A DNA stretch of 64,000 nucleotides, from positions 46,848 through 110,847 of the forward strand of contig JBGAQA010000012.1 of assembly GCA_044220955.1 (NCBI GenBank), given 5' to 3'. The translations under genes and the position numbers were made by a program. Source of the DNA: Sandaracinaceae bacterium (GTDB lineage: Bacteria > Myxococcota_A > Polyangia > Polyangiales > Sandaracinaceae). Positions 10,551 to 23,935 of this stretch are shown one piece after another (positions within the stretch are counted from its first letter, which is position 1; every line of letters starts with the position of its first letter). Under the pieces are notes generated by a model. The model was not told where the DNA came from, ran no database searches, and saw only the letters and a list, made by a program, of their open reading frames with translations.

Positions 10551-11438
10551 ATGACGACGACCACGCGCACCCTGACCGCGATCGCCGGCAACACGCAGCG
10601 CCTCGACGGGGGCGCGATGTTCGGCAATGCACCGAGGGCGGTCTGGGAGAAGTGGATCGCCCCGGACGAGCGGCACCGCATCCCGCTCGCGTGCCGCGCG
10701 ATGTTGATCGAGGAGACCTCGATCGACGCCGAGCGCCGGATCCTCTTCGAGACTGGCATCGGCGCGTTCTTCCCGCCGAAGATGCGCGACCGCTTCGGCG
10801 TGATGGAGGCCGAGCACGTGCTCCTCGCGAGCCTCGAGAAGGCGGGCGCCCCACACGACACCGTGGACGTGGTGGTGCTCTCTCACCTGCACTTCGACCA
10901 CGCCGGTGGGCTGCTGAGCGCGTTCGAGGAGGGAAGGCCGCCGGCGCTTCTCTTCCCGAGAGCGACCTTCGTCGTCGGGCGCGAGGCCTGGGAGCGGGCC
11001 AGGCACCCCCACGCCCGCGACCGCGCGTCGTTCATCCCCGAGCTGATGCCGCTGCTCGAGGCGAGCGGGCGCCTCGAGATCGTCGCGGGGGAAGAAAGTC
11101 GCGCGCTGGGGCCGGCGTACCGCCTGCACCGCTCCAGCGGTCACACGCCCGGGCTCGTGCTCGCCGAGGTGCCGAGCGAGAGCGGGCCCATCGTCTTCGC
11201 GGCCGATCTGATCCCGGGACGGCCCTGGGTACATCTTCCGATCACCATGGGCTACGACCGGAGCCCCGAGCTCCTGATCGACGAGAAGACCGCGCTGCTC
11301 GAGGGCCTCGTGAAGAGGCATGGGCGCCTCTTCTTCACCCACGACGCGAGCGTCGCGATGTCGCGCGTGGTGAAGGACGCCTCCGGCAAGTTCGGACCGG
11401 CCGACGACGTCGCCGCGCCCGACCACCTGGCGATCTAG
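10551..11438 (+). CDS. MBL-fold metallo-hydrolase
   Basis: [32 protein letters not shown] and FTHD motifs. Confidence 0.92.
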   Translation: MTTTTRTLTAIAGNTQRLDGGAMFGNAPRAVWEKWIAPDERHRIPLACRAMLIEETSIDAERRILFETGIGAFFPPKMRDRFGVMEAEHVLLASLEKAGAPHDTVDVVVLSHLHFDHAGGLLSAFEEGRPPALLFPRATFVVGREAWERARHPHARDRASFIPELMPLLEASGRLEIVAGEESRALGPAYRLHRSSGHTPGLVLAEVPSESGPIVFAADLIPGRPWVHLPITMGYDRSPELLIDEKTALLEGLVKRHGRLFFTHDASVAMSRVVKDASGKFGPADDVAAPDHLAI

Positions 11439-11439
11439 G

Positions 11440-12351
11440 ATGAGCACCTCGCGCGCATCCCCTCAGCTCGACGACCTGGGTGTGTTCGTGCGCGTGGTCG
11501 AGCACAAGAGCATGAGCGCCGCGGCGCGACGCCTGGGTGTGCCGAAGTCGACGGTGAGCCGGGCGATCGCGCGTCTCGAGGACGGCCTGCGCGTGCGGCT
11601 CTTCCAGCGGACCACCCGCTCGCTCGCGCCGACGGAGGTGGGAGCGGCCCTCTACGCCGAGGTGCTCCCGCACGTCGACGCGCTCCGTGCGGCGACCTCG
11701 CTGCTGACGACGGACGAGGCGACGCCGCGCGGCCTCTTGCGCGTCACGGCCCCGAACGACCTCGGCACCCTCTTGCTCGCAGACGTGGTGACGCGCTTCT
11801 GCCAGCGCTACCCCGAGGTGCAGATCGAGCTGATCTTGACCGCGCGCACCGTCGACCTCGTGGCCGAGGGGGTCGACGTCGCGGTACGCGCGGGCGTGCT
11901 CCGCGACTCCTCGCTCGTCGCCAAGAAGATCGCCGAGACGGAGCTGCGCCTGTTCGCCGCCCCGAGCTACCTCGCGCGGCGCGGCACGCCGCGATCCGTC
12001 GCCGATCTCGCTGCGCACGACGCCGTGCTCTTCCACGGAAAGAACGGACGCGGACGCTGGACGCTGGAGTGCAAGGGCGAGCGGACGCACGTCGACGTGC
12101 AGGGCAAGGTGTCGGGCGACGACTTCACCTTCCTGGTGGCGGCGACCGTCGCGGGCGCCGGGGTCGCGCTGCTGCCGCGCTTCACGGCGCAGAGCGCCGC
12201 CCAAGCGGGGGCCCTCGTGCGCCTGCTGCCGGCGCACGTGTGGCGCGCGGGCTCGGTGTACGTCGTGCATGCGTCCAGCCGCCACGTCCCTCAGAAGGTC
12301 GCCGCGTTCCGCGACTTCCTGGCGGAGGCCGTCCGCGGAGTCTCGCTCTGA
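11440..12351 (+). CDS. LysR-family transcriptional regulator (CrgA-like)
   Basis: HTH SMSAAARRLG..KSTVSR.I..LE, RTTR, and DLVAEGVDVAVR. Confidence 0.95.
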   Translation: MSTSRASPQLDDLGVFVRVVEHKSMSAAARRLGVPKSTVSRAIARLEDGLRVRLFQRTTRSLAPTEVGAALYAEVLPHVDALRAATSLLTTDEATPRGLLRVTAPNDLGTLLLADVVTRFCQRYPEVQIELILTARTVDLVAEGVDVAVRAGVLRDSSLVAKKIAETELRLFAAPSYLARRGTPRSVADLAAHDAVLFHGKNGRGRWTLECKGERTHVDVQGKVSGDDFTFLVAATVAGAGVALLPRFTAQSAAQAGALVRLLPAHVWRAGSVYVVHASSRHVPQKVAAFRDFLAEAVRGVSL

Positions 12352-12363
12352 GCCCTCGCCGGG

Positions 12364-13914
<1,551 letters not shown>

Positions 13915-13950
13915 CGCGGCTCAGTATCGCACGGGTGCTACGATCCGCCG

Positions 13951-14358
13951 ATGGCCTTGCGACGCGCGATCCCCGCTTCCCTCTTCCTCTTCGGCGTGCT
14001 CGCCGGCTGCGCCGGCACGAGCGCGCCCGTCGACGCCGCGAGCGCGGCCGACGCGGGCGCGACGACCGACACGGGCGCGGCCGACGTGGGCGCGACGACC
14101 GACACGGGCGCGACGACCGACGCGGGCTCTTGCGACCCACAGCCGACCGACCTCTCGTCGATCGACGCGACCTGCGGCGCCGGCACCAGCGCCTGCCCGA
14201 GCGGCTACGTCTGCCAGGCCTTCTCGGGGGCAATCCTGACGCAGTCGTGCCAGATCCCGTGCGAGCCCGGCGGCTGCCCCTGTCCGGCCACGACGGCGTG
14301 CCAGATGCACTCCGACAAGACGGCCGTGCCCTGGTACCAGTGCGACCCGACGCCCTGA
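13951..14358 (+). CDS. Small Cys-rich lipoprotein
   Basis: Lipobox LAGC, DAGATTDTGA linker repeats and a Cys-rich C-terminus. TACGAT 6 nt upstream. Confidence 0.75.
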   Translation: MALRRAIPASLFLFGVLAGCAGTSAPVDAASAADAGATTDTGAADVGATTDTGATTDAGSCDPQPTDLSSIDATCGAGTSACPSGYVCQAFSGAILTQSCQIPCEPGGCPCPATTACQMHSDKTAVPWYQCDPTP

Positions 14359-14460
14359 CGACGCGCCGAGGACGTGCAGACCCACGTTCGCTCTCCAGGG
14401 CTGCCGCGCGGCACGCGGGCGATGATCACGGGCACATCGAGGAGGCGATGGGATCGGGGC

Positions 14461-14532
14461 CGCCGACTGAATCGCGCACCTACCCCCAGGACGCCTGTGA
14501 ATCCAGCCGGTTGCGGGGCGTGGAGTGACCCC
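14461..14532. repeat. Dispersed copy of the ~70-bp GGGGTCACTCCA...AGGTGCGC repeat unit (minus orientation)
   Basis: TGAATCGCGCACCT...CAGGA...TGGAGTGACCCC aligns with 30618-30683. Intergenic between convergent genes. Confidence 0.75.
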
Positions 14533-14552
14533 GATCAGTGGGCGCGCCCCGA

Positions 14553-17500
14553 TCAGTGGGCGGCGCGGCGGGCGGCCGCGGCGTGCGGGCCGCTCGGCGC
14601 GGCGTCGAGGTAGTGCTGGTACGCTGCGGCCGCGTCCGCGGAGTGCGCCGCCGTGAGCACCTCGCCCAGATAGAACCATGCGTCAGGCGTCGCGCCCTCG
14701 ATCGCGGTCGCCTGCTGCAAGAGGAGCAGCGCCGCCGCCTGGTCGCGGTTGGCCAGCGCGACACGCGCGCGAAGGACCATGAGGCGCGTGCGCAGCGCGG
14801 GCGGACGGATGCGCGTCGTGAGCGAGGTCGTCGCGCGGTCGAGGAGCGGTCCCGCGTCGCGCTGGCCGTTGGCCGCGGCGAGGTGGAGCTCCGCGCGCCC
14901 GAGCAGCGCCTCCGGGAGGTCCGCGTCGATCCCCAGCGCACGATCGTACGCCGTCGCCGCCGCGTCGCTCTCACCCGCCCCCGCGAGCGCGTCACCGAAG
15001 GCCGCGAGCGCCGTGACGGAGGGCGTCTCGACCTCGGTCAGCGGACGCAGCTCGCGCACCGCGTCGCCGAAGTGCGCGTGCGCCATCGCGAGGTGCGCGC
15101 TCGTCAGGTGCGAGACGGCAGCCTCGCGATCCGCGGCGCGCACCTGCTCCAGCTGGACGTCCGCGTCGTCGAGCCGGCCGAGGCCGACGAGCGCCTCGAC
15201 GCGCCCGAGGCGCCCGGCGAGCGAGAGGGACATGCCCGAGGCGCTGCCCGCCATGCGGCCGAGCTCGACGTAGAGCGCGTCCGCGCCCGCGTAGTCGCCC
15301 GTGTCGAGCAGCAGGCTCGCGAGCGTGACCTTGGCGTCGACGAGCTCGGCCGAGAGCTCGATCGCGCGCCGCAGGCTCTCCTCGGCGTGCTCGGCGTCGC
15401 CGCTCATGCGGTAGGCGCGCCCGATCAAGTAGTGCCCCTCCGCGTCGTCGGGATCGGTGCGCACCACGACCTCGAGCGCCTCGCGCGCCGCCGTCGCGTC
15501 GTGCGCGCGCAGCGCGGCCTCGCCGAGCGCGAGGGCCGGCACGGGGTCGCCGGGGTTCTCGTGCGCCAGCGTCCGCGCGGCCTCGAGCGTGGGCCCGGGC
15601 TCTGCGTTCCCCGCGACGGCGATGCGGATCCGGAGGGCGCGTAGCTCGACCGAAGCGTCCTCGTGTCCCTCGACGTAGGCGTCGATCGCGCCCGCGGCGG
15701 TGGAGAGCGCCTCGTCGCTGCCGACGAGCAGCGACGCGCGAGCCGTCATCGAGAGCACGTCCGGATCGTCCGCCGAGAGCTGCGTGAGCACCTGCATCGC
15801 GTGCTGGCCGTTGCGGCGGTCGAGGTAGATCGCGGCGAGCAGCTTGCGGAAGTCGGCGTTCTGCGGCGCGCCGCGGACGGCCTCGGTGGCCGCGTACTCG
15901 GCCTGGAGCAGGCGGTTCTCCGCGCGCGCCGCCTGCGCGACCAGGGCGAGCAGGCGCGGCTCCTGCGCCCCCGCCTGGAGCGCCGCCTCGACGGCCTCGC
16001 CGGCCTCGTCGTGGTGTCCCTGCCGCCGGAGCAGGTGCGAGCGCGTCAGGTCGTAGAGCACGTGGTCCGTCGGCGCGCCGTGCTCGAGGCGCGGCTCGAG
16101 CGCCTGCATCGCGTCGAGCCCCGCCGTGACGTCGTCGTCGTCGGCGGTGAGGAAGCCGCGCCAGAGCTTGGCGCGCAGGTTCTCGGCGTCGTGCGAGAGC
16201 ACCGCGTCGAGGAGCGCGAGCGCGTCCTCGGGCCGGCCCTCGTCGTGGCGCGCCTCGGCGAGCGCGATCGCCGCCGCCGCGAGCTGCGGATCGCGCTGCG
16301 TGGCTGCCTCGAGCCGCTCGAGCGCATGCTCGTCGCCGAGGCGCTGGCCGAGGCGGCCGGCGATGTAGAGGATCTGCGCGTCGTCGGGCGCGCCCGCGAG
16401 GGCAGCGTCGAGCTCGGTGCGCGCCGCCTCCGCGTTGGCGTTCCCCGCGGCGATGATCGCGTTGGCCGCGTGCAGCAGGTTCGGGTCGCCGCCCGAGCGC
16501 TCCGCGCGCGCGACCGTCGGCGCGAGGTAGCCGATCTCGAACGCGCCGTCCTCGAGCGCCCGCTGGGAGTGCACGAAGAGCAGCACCGTGGGGTTCGTGG
16601 TCGTGTGGGCGTCGAGGTCGCGCGCCTGGCGCAGGTGGCGCTCCGCGTCGACGAGGTCCTCGTGGTCGCCCGCGCGTGCCTCGGCGAGCGCCTGCTCGAC
16701 CAGCCGCGCGGCCTCGGCGTGTCGCTGCCGCACGTATTCCTGCCAGCCGAACCAACCGCCGACCGCGCCGCCGATGGCGAGCACCCAGACGACCGCGAGC
16801 ACCCACCCGATCCGGGTGCGCTCGACGCGCGCCTCCTTGCGCGGTGCCCAGATCGCCGCTTCGCCTGCGGGCGGCTCGAAGATGCCCTCGCGCTGGAGCA
16901 TCTCGAGGATCGCGTCGGGATCCTCCGCGGCGCCGGCAAGCTCGCCGGTGGGCTCGTCGGGCGCGGGCTGCGGCGGGGAGCCGTCGTCCGGCGGCGGCGC
17001 CCAGCTCGGCACCTCGCCGCTCGGCTCCATCGCGGGCAGACCCTCGAAGGGGCTCGGCGCGCCGGCGGGCTTGCGGGGCTCGTCGTCGAGCAGCGCCGCG
17101 GCGCGCGCAGGCGCGAAGGGCTCGGACAAGGACGCGGGGGCCGCGCCGAACAGAGGCGACTCGAGCGAGTCCTCGCCCTTCGGTGGCAGCGGGGGCGGCC
17201 GGCGCGATGGCGCCTGTCGCGGGCCCTCGCCGGCGCGCGCAGGGGCGTCGAACCCACCAGGCGAAGTCGAGGCGTCGATCGCGACGGCCGGCCGGAGCGC
17301 GCCCGGCGGCGGCAGCGCGACCGGCGGCAGCTTCTCCTCGACGGTGGGCGGCTCGTCGCGCGGCGGGGTGACCGGCGCGCGCGCGACCGCCACCCCAGCG
17401 CGCGGCGGAGGCATCGCGCGGGACGGAAGCGGCGCGGCCGCGGCGCGCGCGCTGAGCGCGGGCCCGACCGTCGTCGGCTCGTCGTCGTCGAGCTCGTCGT

Positions 17501-18128
17501 GCGACGGGGGCGCTGGCGCCCGCGGGACAGGCGCCGGCCGCCTCTCCGGCGCGGGCGCCGGGGCGCCGAGCACCTCGTCGGCCTTCTCGCGGGTCACTGC
17601 GGCGAGGCGCTCCGAGAGGTCGGGGCGCACCATCGTGCGCTCCTCCCTCGCCTCGCCGGTCTGGGGCGCGAACGAGCTCCGGCTCGCCTCCGACGCCTTG
17701 TCGTGGTCGGTCTCGGCGATCTTCGCGAGCCGCACCGCGCGGTCGTGCAGCGCCTGGATCGCGCGATCCGACGCGTCGATGCCCCGCGCTCGCTCGAGCA
17801 CCTTCGCGGCGCGGGCCGGATCGCCGCGCTTCATCAGCACCTCGCCGAGGAAGCGGTACGGCTCCTTGCGCGTCGCTCCGACGCGAGCGGCCTTGAGGAG
17901 CGCGGCCTGGGCCTTGAGCAGGTCCCCCCCCACCATCTCGGCGCGCCCCTCGATGAGCAGCAGGTCCAGGTCCTCCGGGCTCGCGCGCAGACCCGCCGCC
18001 GCGATCTCGAGCGCGTCGGCGGTCCGGTTGGCCATCAAGAGATCGCCGGCCAGCTTCGCGGCATCCTCGCTACCGGGTCGCGTGCGGAACCTGAGGAGGC
18101 GCGTATCGAGCTCGTGTCCCGTCGACAC
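14553..18128 (-). CDS. Large single-TM TPR protein (N-terminal TPR, Pro-rich linker, TM helix, long TPR array)
   Basis: TPR-like helices (PYRFLGEVL, DAEGHYLIGRAY, DAWFYLGEVL), TM IGWVLAVVWVLAIGGAVGGWFGW. TAGGAT 6 nt upstream of the GTG. Confidence 0.85.
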   Translation of the reverse strand: MSTGHELDTRLLRFRTRPGSEDAAKLAGDLLMANRTADALEIAAAGLRASPEDLDLLLIEGRAEMVGGDLLKAQAALLKAARVGATRKEPYRFLGEVLMKRGDPARAAKVLERARGIDASDRAIQALHDRAVRLAKIAETDHDKASEASRSSFAPQTGEAREERTMVRPDLSERLAAVTREKADEVLGAPAPAPERRPAPVPRAPAPPSHDELDDDEPTTVGPALSARAAAAPLPSRAMPPPRAGVAVARAPVTPPRDEPPTVEEKLPPVALPPPGALRPAVAIDASTSPGGFDAPARAGEGPRQAPSRRPPPLPPKGEDSLESPLFGAAPASLSEPFAPARAAALLDDEPRKPAGAPSPFEGLPAMEPSGEVPSWAPPPDDGSPPQPAPDEPTGELAGAAEDPDAILEMLQREGIFEPPAGEAAIWAPRKEARVERTRIGWVLAVVWVLAIGGAVGGWFGWQEYVRQRHAEAARLVEQALAEARAGDHEDLVDAERHLRQARDLDAHTTTNPTVLLFVHSQRALEDGAFEIGYLAPTVARAERSGGDPNLLHAANAIIAAGNANAEAARTELDAALAGAPDDAQILYIAGRLGQRLGDEHALERLEAATQRDPQLAAAAIALAEARHDEGRPEDALALLDAVLSHDAENLRAKLWRGFLTADDDDVTAGLDAMQALEPRLEHGAPTDHVLYDLTRSHLLRRQGHHDEAGEAVEAALQAGAQEPRLLALVAQAARAENRLLQAEYAATEAVRGAPQNADFRKLLAAIYLDRRNGQHAMQVLTQLSADDPDVLSMTARASLLVGSDEALSTAAGAIDAYVEGHEDASVELRALRIRIAVAGNAEPGPTLEAARTLAHENPGDPVPALALGEAALRAHDATAAREALEVVVRTDPDDAEGHYLIGRAYRMSGDAEHAEESLRRAIELSAELVDAKVTLASLLLDTGDYAGADALYVELGRMAGSASGMSLSLAGRLGRVEALVGLGRLDDADVQLEQVRAADREAAVSHLTSAHLAMAHAHFGDAVRELRPLTEVETPSVTALAAFGDALAGAGESDAAATAYDRALGIDADLPEALLGRAELHLAAANGQRDAGPLLDRATTSLTTRIRPPALRTRLMVLRARVALANRDQAAALLLLQQATAIEGATPDAWFYLGEVLTAAHSADAAAAYQHYLDAAPSGPHAAAARRAAH

Positions 18129-18225
18129 GGCGGCATCCTAACAAAGCCGCACCCGCGAACGGGGACAATCGTGAGGGCCCGGAAGCCGGCGCTCCCCTCG
18201 CGTCTGCAGTAGGTTGCGCGGCTCG

Positions 18226-19608
18226 ATGTCCAGCGGCCCGGTCGTCAGTCGCGATGGGCCGGCGCCGGCGCGCTCGATCCGCGCCGAGCTGCCGATCCTG
18301 CTCGCCCTGGCGACGCCGCTGGTGCTGACGAACGCGGGCAACATGCTGCTCGGCCTCGTCGACGTGGCGGTCGTCGGGCGCCTCGGCGAGGACGCCATCG
18401 CGGGCGCAGGGCTCGGCAACGCCATCTTCTTCACCACCGGTCTCTTCGGACTGGGCACGCTCTTCGGCCTCGACCCGCTCCTCTCGCAGGCGATCGGCGC
18501 CGGCGATCCGAAGCGCGCGCGCGCCGTGCTGACCCAGGGCCTCTGGCTCGCGGCGCTCCTCTTCGTCCCGCTGGCCGCCGTGATCGCGCTCCTGGCCCTC
18601 GCGCTACCCTGGCTCGGCCAGGAGCCGGGCGTCGCCGCGGCCGCCGAGGCGTACGTGCTCGCGCGCCTGCCGAGCCTGCTCCCGTTCCTGGCGCTGACCG
18701 CGGTGCGCGCGTACCTGCAGGCCGTCGGACGCTCGCGCTCGCTCGTGCTCGGGGTCATCGCCGCGAACCTCGTGAACCTGCCGGCCGCCATCGTGCTCTC
18801 GTTCGGCTGGGATGCCGCCGGCGTCCCCGCGCTCGGCGTTCGCGGCGCCGGGATCGCCGCCGGCATCGCGACGCTGGTGCAGCTCGCCGTCGCGATCGCG
18901 CCGCTGCCCATCCTCGACCGCGAGCGTGGCCACGTGGGGCTCTCACGCGCGATCGACCGCGTGCTCTTGCGCGCCGCGTGGCGGCTCGGCGCGCCGATCG
19001 GTGCGCAGATCGTGCTCGAGGCAGGCAGCTTCGCCCTCGTCGCGTTCCTCGTCGGACACTTCGGCCGCCTGCCGCTGGGCGCGCACCAGATCGCGCTCTC
19101 GTGCGTGAGCTGCACGTTCCAGATCGCCCTCGGCGTCGCGGCGGCGACGAGCGTCCGCGTCGGCACCGCGGTCGGACACGGCGACGAGCGAGGCGCGCGG
19201 GTCGCCGGCGTCACCGGCATCGTCACCGGCGCGACGGGGATGCTCCTCGGCGCGTTGGTCTTCGGCGCGATGCCGCGCCTGGTCGCGCGCGCGCTCACCG
19301 ATCGGCCCGAGCTCGTCGAGGCCGCGGTCCCCTTCCTGCTCGTCGCGGCCTGCTTCCAGCTCTCGGACGGGGTCCAGACCGTCGCCCAGGGCGCGCTACG
19401 CGGCGCGGGCGACACGCGCCTGCCGCTCCTCTTGAACGTCCTGGGACACTACGCGATCGGTCTGCCGATCGGCATGACGCTCGCGTACGGCATGTCGATC
19501 GGCGCCGTCGGGCTCTGGTGGGGCCTGAGCGCCGGCCTGACCGCCGTCGCGATCGCGATGACGCTGAGGTTCCTGCGCGTCAGCGGGCGCCCGATCGCCA
19601 GGGCCTGA
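18226..19608 (+). CDS. MATE family efflux transporter (NorM-like)
   Basis: VDVAVVGRLG, SQAIGAG, SVRVG, FQLSDGVQ and GALRGAGDT motifs with about 12 TM helices. Confidence 0.93.
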   Translation: MSSGPVVSRDGPAPARSIRAELPILLALATPLVLTNAGNMLLGLVDVAVVGRLGEDAIAGAGLGNAIFFTTGLFGLGTLFGLDPLLSQAIGAGDPKRARAVLTQGLWLAALLFVPLAAVIALLALALPWLGQEPGVAAAAEAYVLARLPSLLPFLALTAVRAYLQAVGRSRSLVLGVIAANLVNLPAAIVLSFGWDAAGVPALGVRGAGIAAGIATLVQLAVAIAPLPILDRERGHVGLSRAIDRVLLRAAWRLGAPIGAQIVLEAGSFALVAFLVGHFGRLPLGAHQIALSCVSCTFQIALGVAAATSVRVGTAVGHGDERGARVAGVTGIVTGATGMLLGALVFGAMPRLVARALTDRPELVEAAVPFLLVAACFQLSDGVQTVAQGALRGAGDTRLPLLLNVLGHYAIGLPIGMTLAYGMSIGAVGLWWGLSAGLTAVAIAMTLRFLRVSGRPIARA

Positions 19609-19647
19609 AGCCCGGGCCCGAAGACCGCCCCGACTGCGCACGGTCCT

Positions 19648-20394
19648 TCAGAAGGCCGCGCCGCCGTCGACGTCGATGCAGTACCCGTTGAAGTAGTCGC
19701 ACTCGATCGCGAACTTCACGGCCTTCCAGAGATCCTCCGGCTCGCCGATGCGGCCGACGGGGATCGACGCGACGATGGCGTCGCGCGCCTTCTGGTTCAT
19801 CCCGCGCGTCATCGGCGTCTCGACCATCCCCGGCGCGATGGCGACCGCGCGGATCCCGAAGGGGGCGAACTCGCGACACCACGTGACGGCGTTCGCGGCG
19901 AGCGCCGCCTTGGCGCTCACGTAGTTCGACTGCCCGCGGTTGCCGTGGCGGGCGATCGAGCTCATCGCGACGACGAGGCCCGGGCGCTGATCGCGGCGCA
20001 CCATCTCGGCGACGGCGTCACGCACGACCATCGTGGCGCCGGTCAGGTTCACGCCGATGACGGCGTTCCACTGGTCGTCGCTCATCACCGAGACCTCGCC
20101 CGTCTCGCGGCTCTTCTTCACGAGCAGTCCGTCGCGCAGGATGCCCGCGTTCGAGATGACCACGTTGAGGCCGCCCATCGCGTCCGCCGCCCACTTCGCG
20201 AGCTCGGCGCTCGCGCCCGGCGCCGAGACGTCGACCTTCTTCTTGAACACCGCCGACGGCAGCTCGGCGAGGCCCGCCTCGTTCACGTCGGCCGCGGCGA
20301 CCTTGCCCCCGCCCTCGGCGATCCGACGCGCGAAGTGCGCTCCCATGCCCGAGCCCGCACCGGTGACGATGGCCTTGACGTCTTTCAGCTCCAC
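19648..20394 (-). CDS. SDR family oxidoreductase (FabG-like)
   Basis: VTGAGSGMG, NAGILRD, GQSNYVSAK (YxxxK) and PG.VETPM motifs. Confidence 0.92.
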   Translation of the reverse strand: MELKDVKAIVTGAGSGMGAHFARRIAEGGGKVAAADVNEAGLAELPSAVFKKKVDVSAPGASAELAKWAADAMGGLNVVISNAGILRDGLLVKKSRETGEVSVMSDDQWNAVIGVNLTGATMVVRDAVAEMVRRDQRPGLVVAMSSIARHGNRGQSNYVSAKAALAANAVTWCREFAPFGIRAVAIAPGMVETPMTRGMNQKARDAIVASIPVGRIGEPEDLWKAVKFAIECDYFNGYCIDVDGGAAF

Positions 20395-20460
20395 GTTCGG
20401 ATCTCCCTCGTTGAGGAGGCCGGCATACCGCGCCCCGCGCGCGCGCGGCCGTGCGCGTGG

Positions 20461-20918
20461 TCACGGGGGCTGGCTCGTCGCGAGGTAGACGATGGGCGCG
20501 CCCACCTCGCCGTGGATGCCGTGTGCGCGCTCGGCCTCCGCGATCGCGCCTCGATAGCCGTCGACGTGGGGCGCCGCGACGGCGATCCCGCGGCGGCCCT
20601 CCGGCGCGAGCGGACCGGCTCCAGGCCCCGCCGCCACCCACACCGGCACGGGCGCGTCGGGCGTCCATCGCGCCGGGACCAGCGGATGCACGGTGAACGC
20701 CCCGCCGACGGTCGCTCCCAGATCGGGGCGGAGCGTGCCGCCGACGAGATCGTAGCTCGCGGCGCCGGGATGTGAGGCCGCGTCCGCGACGGTCGTCCGG
20801 ACGTCCGCGGGCGCACGCGGAGGTCGCACCCACCGGGACACGCCGAGCGCGGCCACGAGGAGCGCCGCGACGCCGATCCACGCGAGCGCCCGCGCGCGGC
20901 GAGCGGGAACGGGCGCGC

Positions 20919-20922
<4 letters not shown>
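20461..20922 (-). CDS. Hypothetical single-TM protein
   Basis: GTG overlaps the kinase stop (GTGA). N-terminal hydrophobic helix WIGVAALLVAALGV. Confidence 0.55.
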
Positions 20923-22589
<1,667 letters not shown>

Positions 22590-22596
22590 CACAGGC

Positions 22597-22944
22597 TCAG
22601 CCGTCGAGGCTCCCGAAGGGCGTCGTCGCGACCAGCGCGTGCAGCGCCTGGGCCTGCGCGGAGGTGAGCGCGCGGAACTGCACACCGAAGCCGCCGGGCT
22701 TGGTCCAGCGCACCTCGGCCGGCACCTCGAGCGGATCCCACGCCGTCGGCGTGCTGAACGTCAGGTAGAGTCGAGTGCCCTCGGACGGCGGATCGGCGGC
22801 CTCGACGAACGCGCCCCCCATCGAGAGATCGTGCACGCGGCCGCCCTTCTCGAGGACGGCGCCGGGTCGGTCGCGGCGGTAGCTCGCGCGCAGCTCGACC
22901 ACGGCGCGAGGCCCGGCCCGGAAGTGCGCGTCGTCGGTAGGCAT
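22597..22944 (-). CDS. Stand-alone PilZ domain protein
   Basis: RxxxR (RAGPR) and DxSxxG (DLSMGG) motifs, then AEVRW...GFGVQF. Confidence 0.88.
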   Translation of the reverse strand: MPTDDAHFRAGPRAVVELRASYRRDRPGAVLEKGGRVHDLSMGGAFVEAADPPSEGTRLYLTFSTPTAWDPLEVPAEVRWTKPGGFGVQFRALTSAQAQALHALVATTPFGSLDG

Positions 22945-22996
22945 CGAGACCGTCCGACCTTACCATGCGGTGCGAGCCGCTCTCGCCGTGCGCTTC

Positions 22997-23884
22997 TCAG
23001 CCGAGGACCCGTAGGCGCCCCTTGCCATCGGGCGAGAGCTGGGTCGCCGGAGCGGGCCGCTCGGCGACCCCGTCCGGGGCGATCCCGAGCCGCTGCCAGA
23101 GGTCGCGGTCGAGCAGGTGCGTCGCCCGCACGTTCCCGAGCGCGGCGAGCATGCTCTCCTTCACCTGTGGAGCCGTGTCTTCGAGCCGTGTGAGCAAGGC
23201 CTTCACCTCCTTGCGCATGAGCTCGTCCTGGGAGCCGCAGAGGTCGCACGGCAGGATCGGGAAGCGCATGAGCTCCGCGAAGCGCGCGATGTCCTTCTCG
23301 GCGCAGTACATCAGCGGGCGGATCACCACGTTGCGCCCGTCGTCGCTGCGCAGCTTCGCCGGCATCGCCTTCAGCGACCCCGTGAACATGAGGTTCAGCA
23401 TGAGGGTCTCGAGCGCGTCCTCGCGGTGGTGCCCGAGCGCGATGCGCGTGCAGCCGAGCTCCTCGGCCAGGTTGTAGAGCACGCCGCGGCGCAGGCGCGA
23501 GCAGAGGGAGCAGTACGTCTTGTCCCCGTCCGTCCCGAGCTTGTCCGCGACGATGGAGTAGGTGTCCTCCCGCACGATGCGGTGGGCGTAGCCGTGCTCG
23601 CGAAGCCAGCCCTCGAGCGGCGCGCCGTCGTAGCCGGGCTGTCCCTGGTCGAGGTGGACGGCCACGATCTCGAACTTGACCGGCGCCTTGCGGCGCAGAC
23701 GCTCGAGCAGGTGCAGCATCGTGTAGCTGTCCTTGCCCCCGGAGAGGCAGGCCATGACGCGATCGCCCTGCCGGACGAGGTCGAAGTCTGCGATGCAGCG
23801 CCCGACCGCGCGCTGGAGGTCCCGTTCGCTGCGCTCGAGCTCGTCCACGGCGGCCAGCCTGACGTCCGGGGCCGTGCGCGGCAA
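22997..23884 (-). CDS. ttcA: tRNA 2-thiocytidine(32) synthetase
   Basis: SGGKDS PP-loop, CSLCSRLRRG, LGHHRED, VIRPL and PCDLCGSQ motifs. Confidence 0.95.
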   Translation of the reverse strand: MPRTAPDVRLAAVDELERSERDLQRAVGRCIADFDLVRQGDRVMACLSGGKDSYTMLHLLERLRRKAPVKFEIVAVHLDQGQPGYDGAPLEGWLREHGYAHRIVREDTYSIVADKLGTDGDKTYCSLCSRLRRGVLYNLAEELGCTRIALGHHREDALETLMLNLMFTGSLKAMPAKLRSDDGRNVVIRPLMYCAEKDIARFAELMRFPILPCDLCGSQDELMRKEVKALLTRLEDTAPQVKESMLAALGNVRATHLLDRDLWQRLGIAPDGVAERPAPATQLSPDGKGRLRVLG

Positions 23885-23935
23885 CCCCGTCCATTCCGAG
23901 GTAGATCACGGGCGCGCCAGCGTAGGAGCACCGTC

